Assembly: GCA_937989565.1 (NCBI GenBank)
Contig: CALKRM010000028.1
Span: 717-64,716 of the forward strand
Origin: an uncultured Candidatus Saccharibacteria bacterium
Lineage (GTDB): Bacteria; Patescibacteriota; Saccharimonadia; Saccharimonadales; Saccharimonadaceae
Direction of reading: 5' to 3'
Length of the DNA stretch: 64,000 nucleotides
Under the pieces are notes generated by a model. That model did no database searches. It was not told where the DNA came from and saw nothing but the letters and a program-made list of their open reading frames with translations. A program made the translations under genes and the position numbers. Below, piece after piece: positions 48,220 through 57,529 of the stretch; position 1 is the first letter of the stretch, and each line of letters begins with the position of its first letter.

Positions 48220-50727
48220 ATGAAACGCTATAATCCGACAGAAATTGAACAAAAATGGCAAAACAAATGGGAGACTGACGGCACTTACGCGGTCGATTTT
48301 AATGACACGACTCGGCCGAAATATTACAGTTTGAGTATGCTTCCGGGGATTACAGGGGCGGGAATTCACATTGGTCACGGTCGTACTTTTCAATTTGCCG
48401 ACATCAAGGCACGATTCAAGCGTCAGCAGGGCTATAATGTCTATCATCCAATCGGCTGGGACAGCTTTGGTCTGCCGGTTGAAAATTACGCTATTAAAGT
48501 CGGAAAAACGCCGCGCGTAGCGCACGACGAAGCGAAGGTTCATTTTAAGGAGCAATTGAAGCGACTTGGGTTTAGTTATGATTGGACAAAAGAAATTTCT
48601 ACAGCTGATCCAGAATATTACAAATGGACTCAGTGGATTTTTGCGCAATTATACAAGCACGATTTGGCATATCAAAAAGAGCAGCCGCAATGGTGGTGCG
48701 AAACTGATAACACAGTGCTTGCTAACGAACAGGTTGAAGGTGGCAAATGTTGGCGCTGTGGTAATCCTGTAACCAAGCGAAATCTCAAGCAGTGGTTTTT
48801 CCGAATTACGGCGTATGCAGATGAAATTTTAGAGGCAACCGATGCGCTTGATTGGACGGAAATGGTTAAAACCATGCAGAAGAATTGGATTGGTCGATCA
48901 GTTGGTACGGAAGTTGAGTTTGCGGTTAGCGGTCAAAATTCCAAGATTACAGTTTTCACAACTCGTCCTGACACGTTGTTTGGCGCGACGTATGTAGCTT
49001 TGGCACCGGAGCATCCTCTGATTTCTCAGTTGGTCAATTCTGACACGCGCGAGAAGGTTGAAGCGTATATCCAAGCTTCGCAACAGAAATCTGATGTTGA
49101 ACGCCAAGAGAATAAAGAGAAGACAGGTGTATTTACTGGCAGTTATGTCATAAATCCAGTTAATGGTCAAAAATTGCCAATCTGGGTGGCGGATTATGTT
49201 TTGGGCGGCTATGGAACCGGCGCAGTCATGGCAGTGCCAGCGCACGACGAGCGCGATTTTGCGTTTGCCGAGAAGTTTGACTTGCCGATTATCCAGGTTA
49301 TTGATAAGCCTGAGCATTCAGCCGACGCCGGCTGTTATTCTGGTGAAGGTGAGCTGATAAATTCCGGACAATTTAACGGGACCAGGAGTGAGGATGCTCG
49401 CGAGCAAATTGTTGCGTGGCTGGAGCAGCAGAATTCTGGGCGAAGCAAAACCACGTATAAAATGCGCGATTGGTTGATTTCTCGTCAGCGTTATTGGGGT
49501 GCTCCGATTCCAATTGTTCATGTTGACGGCCGTGTGCCAATTGCCGTGGCTGATGAATGCTTGCCAGTGATTTTGCCAGAGGTGGAGAACTTTAAGCCAA
49601 CGGGCGGTAATACTTCCGTTTTGGCCCAGGTTGATGATTGGGTGCGAGTCTGGGTGGATGTTGAAACTGGAAAAACTGTGCCGATTACAGAAAACAAGCC
49701 TGATGGCGACAATTGGGTGGAAGGTCGGCGCGAGACTGACACTTTGGATGGCTATGCTTGCTCTAGCTGGTATTTCTTGCGATATCTCGACCCGCACAAC
49801 GATAATGAGGCATGGAATCCTGAGAGAATTAACCATTGGATGCCGGTTGATTATTACAATGGTGCCGATCACGCCGTGGCTCATTTGCTATACAGTCGTT
49901 TTTGGATGCGATTTTTCTATAAGCTCGGCCTCGTTCCAACTCCAGAACCTTTCAAGCGAATGATGTACAATGCATACATTATGGCTCCAGACGGTCAGAA
50001 AATGTCCAAGTCTAAGGGTAATGTCATTGATCCAATGGAAATTATGGACAGTGGATACGGCGCTGATGCGCTGCGAGTTTACGAAATGTTCATCGCGCCT
50101 TATGATATGGACGCACCATGGGATCCACGTGGCGTTCCGGGAACTTACAGGTTCTTAAATCGAGCATGGAACTTGGTTCAGGAGTTCGTTGATAAGAATA
50201 ACAATCCAAGTGATTCTCCTGAGATGGATGAAAAAACAACCCAAGAACTATTGCGATTAACTCACTCGACAATTAAAAAAGTTACTCGCGATATTGAAGA
50301 TGAGAAGTTTAATACAGCCGTGGCTTCGATGATGGAAATGGTCAATGGTCTGTATAAAATAAAAGAATCGCATGGGATTGACATGTCGGACGAGTGGCGA
50401 TTTGCATTAGAAAGTTTGATTCAAATTTTGGCGCCTTTTGCTCCGCATATCACAGAGGAATCGTGGCATGAAATGGGTCATGATGATACGGTTCACGTTG
50501 GTCACTGGCCGAAGTGGGGCGAAAAATATCTAAAGAGCGATACGATGACTATTATAGTTCAAGTGAACGGCAAGCTTCGTGCGAAACTTGAACTGCCGAG
50601 TGATATGGACAAGCAGGGTGTTGAAGAGGCTGCTCTGGCTGATGAAAATGTCCAGAAATTCACAAACAATAAACCGCCTAAAAAGATGGTTTATGCTCCA
50701 GGCAAGCTGGTGAATATCGTGGTCTAG
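48220..50727 (+). CDS. leuS: leucyl-tRNA synthetase
   Basis: 835 aa. HIGH-type HIGHGRT, KMSKS, CP1 editing domain, Zn motif CWRCGNPV. Confidence 0.96.
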   Translation: MKRYNPTEIEQKWQNKWETDGTYAVDFNDTTRPKYYSLSMLPGITGAGIHIGHGRTFQFADIKARFKRQQGYNVYHPIGWDSFGLPVENYAIKVGKTPRVAHDEAKVHFKEQLKRLGFSYDWTKEISTADPEYYKWTQWIFAQLYKHDLAYQKEQPQWWCETDNTVLANEQVEGGKCWRCGNPVTKRNLKQWFFRITAYADEILEATDALDWTEMVKTMQKNWIGRSVGTEVEFAVSGQNSKITVFTTRPDTLFGATYVALAPEHPLISQLVNSDTREKVEAYIQASQQKSDVERQENKEKTGVFTGSYVINPVNGQKLPIWVADYVLGGYGTGAVMAVPAHDERDFAFAEKFDLPIIQVIDKPEHSADAGCYSGEGELINSGQFNGTRSEDAREQIVAWLEQQNSGRSKTTYKMRDWLISRQRYWGAPIPIVHVDGRVPIAVADECLPVILPEVENFKPTGGNTSVLAQVDDWVRVWVDVETGKTVPITENKPDGDNWVEGRRETDTLDGYACSSWYFLRYLDPHNDNEAWNPERINHWMPVDYYNGADHAVAHLLYSRFWMRFFYKLGLVPTPEPFKRMMYNAYIMAPDGQKMSKSKGNVIDPMEIMDSGYGADALRVYEMFIAPYDMDAPWDPRGVPGTYRFLNRAWNLVQEFVDKNNNPSDSPEMDEKTTQELLRLTHSTIKKVTRDIEDEKFNTAVASMMEMVNGLYKIKESHGIDMSDEWRFALESLIQILAPFAPHITEESWHEMGHDDTVHVGHWPKWGEKYLKSDTMTIIVQVNGKLRAKLELPSDMDKQGVEEAALADENVQKFTNNKPPKKMVYAPGKLVNIVV

Positions 50728-50871
50728 GAAATAATTTACCTCGGTTTACCTTTTATTATTGTAAAAAGTTAGTATCATTATCTAATTTGCGGGCAAGCTC
50801 TTGAGATTGTCTAATAAAAAAGGTATAATGGTACGTAAGTTTTATGACAACCTAAAAGAGGAGAATAAATT

Positions 50872-51018
50872 ATGGCACAACCTAAGAAACAGAGTAGCCC
50901 ACGTAAAACTGGTCTTCGTCGCAGCCACTTGGTATTAAAATTGGCACGTCGCGTTAACGCAACTTCACCAGTTAAGGTGAAGACAACCAAGCGTGAAACT
51001 GGTAAAACAACAAAATAA
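50872..51018 (+). CDS. rpmF: 50S ribosomal protein L32 (not in the ORF track; below its size cut-off)
   Basis: 48 aa: MAQPKKQSSPRKTGLRRSHLVLKLARRVN.... SD agaggag 8 nt upstream. TATAAT at about 50824. Confidence 0.85.
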   Translation: MAQPKKQSSPRKTGLRRSHLVLKLARRVNATSPVKVKTTKRETGKTTK

Positions 51019-51042
51019 TAATTACGAACAGGACGCTTAATA

Positions 51043-51501
51043 ATGGCATCAAACCGTCATTTGGGACGAATTGTCGCACTGCAAACACTTTATGAACATG
51101 AATTTCGCAAAGAGGTTGGTGATAGCGATGTTGATTATAAGACTATTTTGAAGCGTAATTTGGCTGAATATAAATCATCGGTTGATGATATTGAATTTAT
51201 CGATAATTTGATTAGCGGCGTACTTTCGACGCAGAGTCAATTGGACGAGAAATTGCAGCCATTGGCGCCAGAATGGCCCATTAGTCAGTTGCCGCGAATT
51301 GATCGGGCGGTACTTAGAATCGGTTTATATGAATTGCTATATTGTGCAGATACCGTTCCGCCGAAAGTGGTGATTAATGAAGCGGTAGAGTTAGCGAAAG
51401 CGTTCGGTTCGGATAACTCGGGTAAGTTTGTGAATGGCGTGCTTGGCACGGCACTCCGTACTCTCGTGGAGGAGTCCGACAGTGAGAACAAGCAACTTTG
51501 A
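51043..51501 (+). CDS. nusB: transcription antitermination factor NusB
   Basis: 152 aa. R..ALQ.LYE, RIDRAVLRIGLYELLY, VVINEAVELAK. Confidence 0.9.
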   Translation: MASNRHLGRIVALQTLYEHEFRKEVGDSDVDYKTILKRNLAEYKSSVDDIEFIDNLISGVLSTQSQLDEKLQPLAPEWPISQLPRIDRAVLRIGLYELLYCADTVPPKVVINEAVELAKAFGSDNSGKFVNGVLGTALRTLVEESDSENKQL

Positions 51502-51979
51502 TAAGATAAAAAAATATTTTGGTGGCAGCAAGAAGCCATTGATTCAGGAAATTGTACGCGAGCCAACTGCTGGTGGCGTGATTTTTCGTCGTAATAAAAA
51601 GGGCGAGGCAGAGTTTTTGCTTTATCAGGACGCTCGCGATCGCTGGACAATTCCGAAAGGGCACATTGAGCCGGGTGAAACAGCTCAAGTGACGGCTCGT
51701 AGGGAAATTGGTGAAGAAACTGGGCTGAAGAAAATTGAGCTACACGGCTGGCTAGGAAAGGTGAATTTTCGTTATCGTCGAATCGATAAATTGGTATTGA
51801 TGACAACGCAAGTTTATCTAGTTAAGGCGCTGGATCCTAACGAGAAACTCCAAAAGGAGGAATGGATGAATGGTCTTAAATGGTTCAGTTTTCATGAGGC
51901 GCTGGATGAAGTTGAATATGAAGATATTGGCAAGCTGATTCTTTTGGCAATGAAACGAATTAGACAGGAGAACTTATAA
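51482..51979 (+). CDS. NUDIX hydrolase
   Basis: About 165 aa from GTG 51482 (GGAGGAG 7 nt upstream; start uncertain; overlaps the nusB end). Nudix box GHIEPGETAQVTARREIGEETGL. Confidence 0.75.
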   Translation: MRTSNFDKIKKYFGGSKKPLIQEIVREPTAGGVIFRRNKKGEAEFLLYQDARDRWTIPKGHIEPGETAQVTARREIGEETGLKKIELHGWLGKVNFRYRRIDKLVLMTTQVYLVKALDPNEKLQKEEWMNGLKWFSFHEALDEVEYEDIGKLILLAMKRIRQENL

Positions 51980-52696
51980 ATGAACGGAATGAACACTGCG
52001 CCATATCAAGATTTTGCGCGCGAAAAATTAGGTTTTGAATTTACGAATTTGGATTTGCTAATTACAGCTTTGACTCACCGTAGTTATGTGAATGAGCACC
52101 GAAAATCCGTCCATCACCACAACGAGCGCTTGGAATTCTTAGGTGATGCGGTTTTGGAATTAGCGGTAACAGAATATTTGTTTACGCATTTTTCTGAGCC
52201 AGAGGGAATTTTGACTGCTTGGCGGGCAGCTTTGGTGCGAACAGAAAGTATTGGTGACGCTGGCGATAAGTTGGGCTATGGTCCGCTGATTCGTATGTCA
52301 AAGGGCGAGAAGAACGGCTCAGAGCGAGCGCATTTACAGATTTTAGCCAATGCATTTGAGGCGGTAATCGGCGCTATTTATTTGGAACGTGGCTTTGACG
52401 ATGCTCGCGATTTTATTCACAAGCATATAATTGTTAAGCTGGACGGAATTTTGGAGTCTGGCAGTTGGCGTGATCCGAAGTCGTATTTACAGGAGATTTC
52501 TCAGCGGGTTGACAATCAAACGCCAGTATATAAAGTCCTGAGCGAAGAAGGTCCAGATCATGATAAAGTCTTTACCCTTGGGGTTTTTGTTGGCGATAAT
52601 ATGATGGGGCGAGGCATTGGTCCATCTAAGCAAGTTGCCCAACAGCAGGCTGCTCGTGCTGCAATTGCTAAATATAAAGAATCTGGCGAGAAATAA
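51980..52696 (+). CDS. rnc: ribonuclease III
   Basis: 238 aa. ERLEFLGDAVLEL signature, C-terminal dsRBD (KS.LQE....GPDH.K.F). Confidence 0.93.
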   Translation: MNGMNTAPYQDFAREKLGFEFTNLDLLITALTHRSYVNEHRKSVHHHNERLEFLGDAVLELAVTEYLFTHFSEPEGILTAWRAALVRTESIGDAGDKLGYGPLIRMSKGEKNGSERAHLQILANAFEAVIGAIYLERGFDDARDFIHKHIIVKLDGILESGSWRDPKSYLQEISQRVDNQTPVYKVLSEEGPDHDKVFTLGVFVGDNMMGRGIGPSKQVAQQQAARAAIAKYKESGEK

Positions 52697-52766
52697 TTAA
52701 AGTTTGCACGGCGTAAACTGCTCGTGTATAATGAAAATACAGTTTAATTCCAGGAGGAGGGGCAGA

Positions 52767-53156
52767 ATGTCAACAATAGATCAGCAGTTTGTAGAATATA
52801 CTGTAAAGGCGTTGGTTGGACATCCAGAAGACGTCGTAGTAGACCGAACGATTGATGAAAAGGGTGTTTTACTAACATTGACAGTTAATCCAGCAGATTT
52901 GGGTCGAGTTATTGGTAAGCGCGGTAGTACGGCGCAGAGCTTGCGCACGCTTCTACGAGCTTTGGGCGCAAAGAATGACGCTCGATATAACTTGAAGATC
53001 GTTAACAATGATGGTTTTTCTGGTGAGCGTGAGAGCAATAGCTATAACGATCATGCTTCTGTGGATAACTCAACAGATGAAACTGTGGAAAATGGATCAT
53101 CTTACGCAGAAAACACCAGAAAAGAGCTTGCAGAACTCGACGACCTTGATATATAA
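52767..53156 (+). CDS. KH-domain RNA-binding protein (YlqC/UPF0109 type) with an acidic C-terminal extension
   Basis: 129 aa from ATG 52767 (GGAGGAGG SD). KALVGHPEDVVVD...LTVNPADLGRVIGKRGSTAQSLRTLL. Confidence 0.85.
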   Translation: MSTIDQQFVEYTVKALVGHPEDVVVDRTIDEKGVLLTLTVNPADLGRVIGKRGSTAQSLRTLLRALGAKNDARYNLKIVNNDGFSGERESNSYNDHASVDNSTDETVENGSSYAENTRKELAELDDLDI

Positions 53157-53240
53157 TTAGAACCAGTTCAAGCACAGACATTATGCGAGAACAGCTCTAT
53201 GCGAGACAATGGGAAACCATTGAGAGCCTTATTTGTGCTA

Positions 53241-53269
53241 AAAAACCGTCCTTAGTGGGGCGGTTTTTT
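53241..53269 (+). terminator. rho-independent terminator after the KH gene
   Basis: aaaaaccgtcc ttagtg gggcggtttttt (one bulge). Confidence 0.7.
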
Positions 53270-53298
53270 GGTGGGAAATAATTTCTGTAAAAAGACAT

Positions 53299-53365
53299 GA
53301 AAATAGCCCGCCGAAAACGTACTCAAGTCGAGACTTGATGTCTCAACGAGCTATTTTCGGCGGGC
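53299..53365 (-). terminator. long-stem terminator of the minus-strand island gene
   Basis: 12-bp outer stem gcccgccgaaaa (53306-53317) / ttttcggcgggc (53354-53365) encloses an inner 6-bp hairpin tcaagt-cgag-acttga. The minus strand continues TATTTTC. It abuts the stop codon at 53367-53369. Confidence 0.65.
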
Positions 53366-53366
53366 G

Positions 53367-53816
53367 TTAGAAAACCCTTTTAATCGACCAATGTCCTCCG
53401 TCCCAGAACAGGACGTAGGGTTCGTCTAGCTTGGCGATTATCTCGAAAGCGCTTGCAAGTCGCTTAGATTCGGTTACCTGTTCTACAACAGGCCAGATCT
53501 CGACTCCTATTCCGGTTTTGGCGGGTTTCCCCTTACTCCATGACCGTGGTACTACCTTGAGCACCATGGTGTCTCCGGCGTAGACTGCGAAGCCGGTAAC
53601 TTCATCGAAATCAGACTTCAGAGTTTCAATTCGGTTAATATCTCCGGAGTCGGAGTAGGGGGTGAGATGTTCCCGTACTAAGTCCTCGATGTGATTTTTG
53701 TAACCACGACGAGGTATGGTGCACGCGTTTATTTCCAGAGTGTGCTCCTCCATTTTGATGGAGAGATTAGAACCTTCCGCGGACCAGTTAGTGTTTTTCT
53801 CGGTGATACAAGACAT
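53367..53816 (-). CDS. hypothetical cytoplasmic protein, orphan, compositionally atypical
   Basis: 149 aa. SD-like GAGGAAGAGAGA upstream. Sampled stretches are about 48-52% GC against about 42% in neighbours. No motif recognised. Confidence 0.6.
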   Translation of the reverse strand: MSCITEKNTNWSAEGSNLSIKMEEHTLEINACTIPRRGYKNHIEDLVREHLTPYSDSGDINRIETLKSDFDEVTGFAVYAGDTMVLKVVPRSWSKGKPAKTGIGVEIWPVVEQVTESKRLASAFEIIAKLDEPYVLFWDGGHWSIKRVF

Positions 53817-53842
53817 GACGTCTCTCTCTTCCTCTAAGGGCT

Positions 53843-53866
53843 ACTTCTACTCGGTTGAGTAGAAGT
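53843..53866. promoter_or_regulatory. perfect 10-bp inverted repeat ACTTCTACTC-ggtt-GAGTAGAAGT in the divergent intergenic region
   Basis: Read directly from the sequence. Lies 26 nt upstream of the minus-strand ATG (53816) and 44 nt upstream of the trmD -10. No U-tract on either strand. Confidence 0.5.
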
Positions 53867-53906
53867 TAATATATACATATCATACCTGGACAAAAAAGTC
53901 AACACT

Positions 53907-53915
53907 TGCTACACT
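53907..53915 (+). promoter_or_regulatory. extended -10 (TGcTACACT) 7 nt upstream of the trmD ATG
   Basis: tTGCTACACTgtaacagATG. Confidence 0.5.
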
Positions 53916-53922
53916 GTAACAG

Positions 53923-54591
53923 ATGAGAAAGTTTCAAGTAATTACGCTTTTCCCAGAAATGACAACGGGAGTTTTTAATAATTCCATGATGTGGAAGGCG
54001 CAGAAAGACGGTATCGTGGAGCTCACTACGGTGAATTTGCGGGAGTTTGGTTTGGGGCCGCGGCGTCAGGTGGATGATACGCCGTATGGTGGTGGTGACG
54101 GAATGCTTCTTATGGTTGAGCCGTTATGGAAAGCGGTAGAATTTGCGAAATCTCAGGATGAAACAGCGAAGGTGGTGTTAATGAGTCCGCGCGGGCAGCG
54201 CTGGAAGCAGGCTAAAGCCCAGGAAGAAGCCGATGATAACAGAGGTGTGATATTTATTTGCGGGCGATACGAGGGTGTTGATGAGCGAATTTTAGAACTA
54301 GTTGATGAGCAATGGAGTATTGGCGATTTTGTACTGACGGGCGGAGAGCTGGCGGCAATGATGATGATTGATTCTATTGTTAGGTTGATTCCTGGCGTTT
54401 TGGGCGGCGAAAAGTCTGCGGAAATTGAAAGTTTTTCAGATGGAGAAACGTTGGAATTTCCACAATATACACGACCTGAGGAGTTTAAAGGTTTACGTGT
54501 GCCGGATGTTTTATTGAGCGGACACCACGGAAAAATTGCCGAGTGGCGCGCTGAACAATCGCGGATATTGACAAAGAAAAATACCCCATAG
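53923..54591 (+). CDS. trmD: tRNA (guanine37-N1)-methyltransferase
   Basis: 222 aa. VITLFPEM, DDTPYGGGDGM, ICGRYEGVDERI, SIGDFVLTGGE, SGHH..I..WR. Confidence 0.93.
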   Translation: MRKFQVITLFPEMTTGVFNNSMMWKAQKDGIVELTTVNLREFGLGPRRQVDDTPYGGGDGMLLMVEPLWKAVEFAKSQDETAKVVLMSPRGQRWKQAKAQEEADDNRGVIFICGRYEGVDERILELVDEQWSIGDFVLTGGELAAMMMIDSIVRLIPGVLGGEKSAEIESFSDGETLEFPQYTRPEEFKGLRVPDVLLSGHHGKIAEWRAEQSRILTKKNTP

Positions 54592-54606
54592 AGCGGGGTA
54601 TTTTTA
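54581..54606 (+). terminator. rho-independent terminator overlapping the trmD stop
   Basis: atacccc atagagc ggggtat followed by tttt. Confidence 0.7.
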
Positions 54607-54770
54607 AAATTGTGGTGGATTTGTCGTAGAGCGAAAGATACGATTTTGTGGTGTTTATTTTTGTAACGTTCGCTGATTTAACTTTATGACGTTTTTATAA
54701 AAAGTGCAAGTGCTTTCGTAAAAAATACAACAAGCTTGAGCTTTTTTGACGCGCAAGCTATACTGAAATT

Positions 54771-55190
54771 ATGTCTAGAAAAGTGAATAAAATTGTTAAA
54801 TTGATTACAGGAATATTAATAATTGTGCCATTATTATGTCAATTATTTACGTTTGAGAAGTTTTCTGCGACTCTTACTTCTACGGGGGTTCCGTCATCTT
54901 TAAGTCTTCCGATTGCGATAATATTGGTGGTTGTTGAGCTGATGTCGTTGCCGTTTTTAATTGATATGAATATGCCAAAAAGAATTACTCTGGCGAGCAG
55001 AACGGCTGGTTTTTTGAGTTTGGGGATTATGACGGCAATTGGTTTTTTGGCGTTTGCGAATGGTCATGCGGCGGTGATGTTTGGTGCAACGATAAAGAAT
55101 GTGAATAATGTGACTGCGATTTTTCTGGTATTCGTGATGTGGGCTTTGCTGATTTGTACAAATTTATCGACGAAAAAAACAGCCAAATAA
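54771..55190 (+). CDS. hypothetical 4-TM membrane protein
   Basis: 139 aa. TATACT at 54759-54764, 6 nt before the ATG. No motif. Confidence 0.5.
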   Translation: MSRKVNKIVKLITGILIIVPLLCQLFTFEKFSATLTSTGVPSSLSLPIAIILVVVELMSLPFLIDMNMPKRITLASRTAGFLSLGIMTAIGFLAFANGHAAVMFGATIKNVNNVTAIFLVFVMWALLICTNLSTKKTAK

Positions 55191-55211
55191 TTGGCTGCTA
55201 AATTTCAAACT

Positions 55212-55286
55212 TGGCTGGGATGGAGGGATTCGAACCCCCGAATGGCGGGACCAGAACCCGCTGCCTTACCACTTGGCGACATCCCA
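55212..55286 (-). tRNA. tRNA-Gln (anticodon CTG), CCA encoded
   Basis: 75 nt. Reverse complement is tgggatg tc gcc aagtggtaa ggc a gcggg ttCTGgt cccgc cattc ggggg ttcgaat ccctc catccca g cca. U1-A72 and G73 as expected for bacterial Gln. Confidence 0.9.
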
Positions 55287-55365
55287 ACGGCAAACATAAT
55301 TGTACTATAGAAAAATGATTTCCGCAAGCGTTTACTGACCAGCGTTGTCGCGATATACTGGTAAT

Positions 55366-55848
55366 ATGGATTTGCAATGGATCGTAAAGCTAATTGCTGA
55401 CGGACTAGTGGTACCGGTCGTGCTAATTGGTGCGTACGCGCTGATAAAATTGGTTCCAAATAAAGAGAAGTATCAAGTTTATAGCCAAGTTTTGATGGCT
55501 GGTTTGACTGCTTACGTGGCGGCAAAAATTATCGGGTCAATTTATCAACCAGATCAGATGCGTCCGTTCGAGATTCTGGGCGTATCGGCCGGCGCGTCAT
55601 TCCTTAATAATCCGGGTTTTCCGTCTGATCACGCGCTATTTACAATGGCAATTACTTTGGCGGTATTTTTCGGAGCAAAGAGTTGGCGGCTGGCTGTTGT
55701 TTGTTTGGTTATGACGATCTTAATATGTGTCGGTCGGGTTATTGCATTGGTGCATACGCCACTTGACGTTGTTGGCGGATTATTGATTGCTTGCGTAGGG
55801 ATTGTTTGGTATAAACCGATGAATCTCCTGAAAAAGCATAATATTTAA
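55366..55848 (+). CDS. PAP2-family membrane phosphatase (undecaprenyl-diphosphatase-like)
   Basis: 160 aa from ATG 55366 (TATACT 55354-55359, 6 nt gap; track TTG 55345 rejected). Motifs RPF, PSDH, GRVIALVHTPLDV. Confidence 0.82.
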   Translation: MDLQWIVKLIADGLVVPVVLIGAYALIKLVPNKEKYQVYSQVLMAGLTAYVAAKIIGSIYQPDQMRPFEILGVSAGASFLNNPGFPSDHALFTMAITLAVFFGAKSWRLAVVCLVMTILICVGRVIALVHTPLDVVGGLLIACVGIVWYKPMNLLKKHNI

Positions 55849-55893
55849 GCATATACATTTGCAATATTGACAAGTTTACGTTACAATTTACGT

Positions 55894-56388
55894 ATGAAAT
55901 TATTGTCAGCTATTTTCCGTGAAGAAATATCAGATTACACATATCCATTTTCAAGGCGAGTTTTCTTGAGGATTTTGGCGATTTTAGTCGCTAGCGGCGT
56001 GGCCATCTGGTTGCTGGCGCTTGCGTTTGATAAATTTATGATTACACCCGTATTTTGCGCGAACGCTGAGCATATTTCTATTTGTGCAAACAGCACAAGC
56101 ATTGCATCTTACGTTGCGTTAGTTTTGGCGGGAATTATGTTGGTGCCGGTGTTGGCGGTATTTGGTATTAAGCGACCTCTGCTAGTGGTAATCGCGGCAA
56201 CTGTGTCATTGTGGGGCGCTACATTATGGGCTGGCGGATCTTGGATTTTGTCATTGCTATGGGTAGTTTTGGCGACAGTTTTGGTATATTTGTCGTTAAT
56301 CTGGTTGAACAGAATTCGTGGCAATGGCGCAGCGATTTTATTTATGACTTTATTCGCGATCTTAGCACGAGTTGTCTTGGCGCTATAA
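55894..56388 (+). CDS. hypothetical 4-5 TM membrane protein
   Basis: 164 aa from ATG 55894 (TACAAT 55882-55887, 6 nt gap). Confidence 0.45.
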   Translation: MKLLSAIFREEISDYTYPFSRRVFLRILAILVASGVAIWLLALAFDKFMITPVFCANAEHISICANSTSIASYVALVLAGIMLVPVLAVFGIKRPLLVVIAATVSLWGATLWAGGSWILSLLWVVLATVLVYLSLIWLNRIRGNGAAILFMTLFAILARVVLAL

Positions 56389-56406
56389 TCACTGTACACT
56401 AAGTGT

Positions 56407-57477
56407 ATGGAAATCATTATCATTATTCTCTTAATTGTTATTACTATTGGTTTGGGCGCGACATTATTTGTCCTGCAATCAAAAATCAGCGAGCTAAAAA
56501 ATCAATCATCCGTCGAGCTAATTAAAACCGATGTCGTGGAATTGGGGCGGACTATTGCGAAACTGAATGAATCCGTTAGCGATAAGTTAGAGCGAAGCAA
56601 TGCGCAAGTCCAGACTTCCGTGCAGAAACAATTGTCAGAAAGCGCGAAGTTGGTGGCTGACGTGACGCAGCGATTGGCAAAATTGGATGAGACTAATAAG
56701 CGCGTGGTTGATGTGGCAACCGATCTGAAAACCTTGCAAAACGTGTTACAAAATCCAAAGCAGCGTGGCGTTTTTGGTGAGTTTTATTTGGAGAGTGTGT
56801 TGGACAACGTTTTGCCAGCCAAGCAATATCAAATGCAATATCGTTTCAAGGATGGCGAAATTGTTGACGCAGTTATTTTTCTGGATAAGGGGCAGATATT
56901 GCCGGTGGACAGTAAGTTTTCTTTGGAGAATTACAATCGCATGATTAACGCTGAGACAAAATCTGAGCGTGAAATGTGGCTGAATAAGGTGAAGGCTGAC
57001 CTTAAGGGGCGAATTGACGAAACTAGTAAATATATTCGTCCGCGCGAAAACACCATGGACTTTGCCTTTATGTTTATTCCTAGCGAATCTTTGTATTACG
57101 ATCTTCTGATTAACAATGTCGGTCAGGGTGGTTCGAGTCGCGATTTGATTGAATATGCGTTCCGAGATAAACGAGTGATTATTGTTAGTCCGACTAGTTT
57201 TCTGGCGTACCTGCAGACCGTTCTTCAGGGACTTCGTAGTTTGCAGATTGAAGAGCAGGCCAAAGACATTCAAGTTCGAGTTGGTCAATTGGGCGTTCAT
57301 ATTAAAAAGTTTGACGAGTTGATGACGAAAATGGGCAAGAGTTTAAGTACGACCGTTGGTCATTATAACAATACATACAAGGAGTTGGGGAAGATCGATA
57401 AGGATGTTGTGCGAATTTCTGGTGGCGATAACCAAGCGCAGCCGGAGCTGATTGATCGGCCGACTCAGGAAGATTGA
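56407..57477 (+). CDS. rmuC: DNA recombination protein RmuC
   Basis: 356 aa. N-terminal TM, coiled coil, GEFYLESVL, PVDSKF, MFIPSE, VSPTSF. Confidence 0.9.
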   Translation: MEIIIIILLIVITIGLGATLFVLQSKISELKNQSSVELIKTDVVELGRTIAKLNESVSDKLERSNAQVQTSVQKQLSESAKLVADVTQRLAKLDETNKRVVDVATDLKTLQNVLQNPKQRGVFGEFYLESVLDNVLPAKQYQMQYRFKDGEIVDAVIFLDKGQILPVDSKFSLENYNRMINAETKSEREMWLNKVKADLKGRIDETSKYIRPRENTMDFAFMFIPSESLYYDLLINNVGQGGSSRDLIEYAFRDKRVIIVSPTSFLAYLQTVLQGLRSLQIEEQAKDIQVRVGQLGVHIKKFDELMTKMGKSLSTTVGHYNNTYKELGKIDKDVVRISGGDNQAQPELIDRPTQED

Positions 57478-57480
57478 CAT

Positions 57481-57514
57481 AAAAAATACCCCGCCGATTA
57501 AGCGGGATATTTTA
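57481..57514. terminator. probable bidirectional terminator between convergent rmuC and the aquaporin gene
   Basis: A-run, ccccgc cgattaa gcggg(a), T-run. The stem is short. Confidence 0.5.
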
Positions 57515-57529
57515 TTGTGAAGTTACAAT

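Noticed and set aside
54592-54770. Possible rplS remnant or ncRNA in the 179-nt gap after trmD (TTGTGGTG repeated at about 54611 and 54645)
   Set aside because: No ORF resembles L19 in any frame. The repeats are short and there is no stable structure, so I treat it as ordinary spacer plus the promoter of the next gene.
55205-55525. 106-aa minus-strand ORF
   Set aside because: It overlaps tRNA-Gln(CTG) and the 5' end of the PAP2 gene, so it is spurious.
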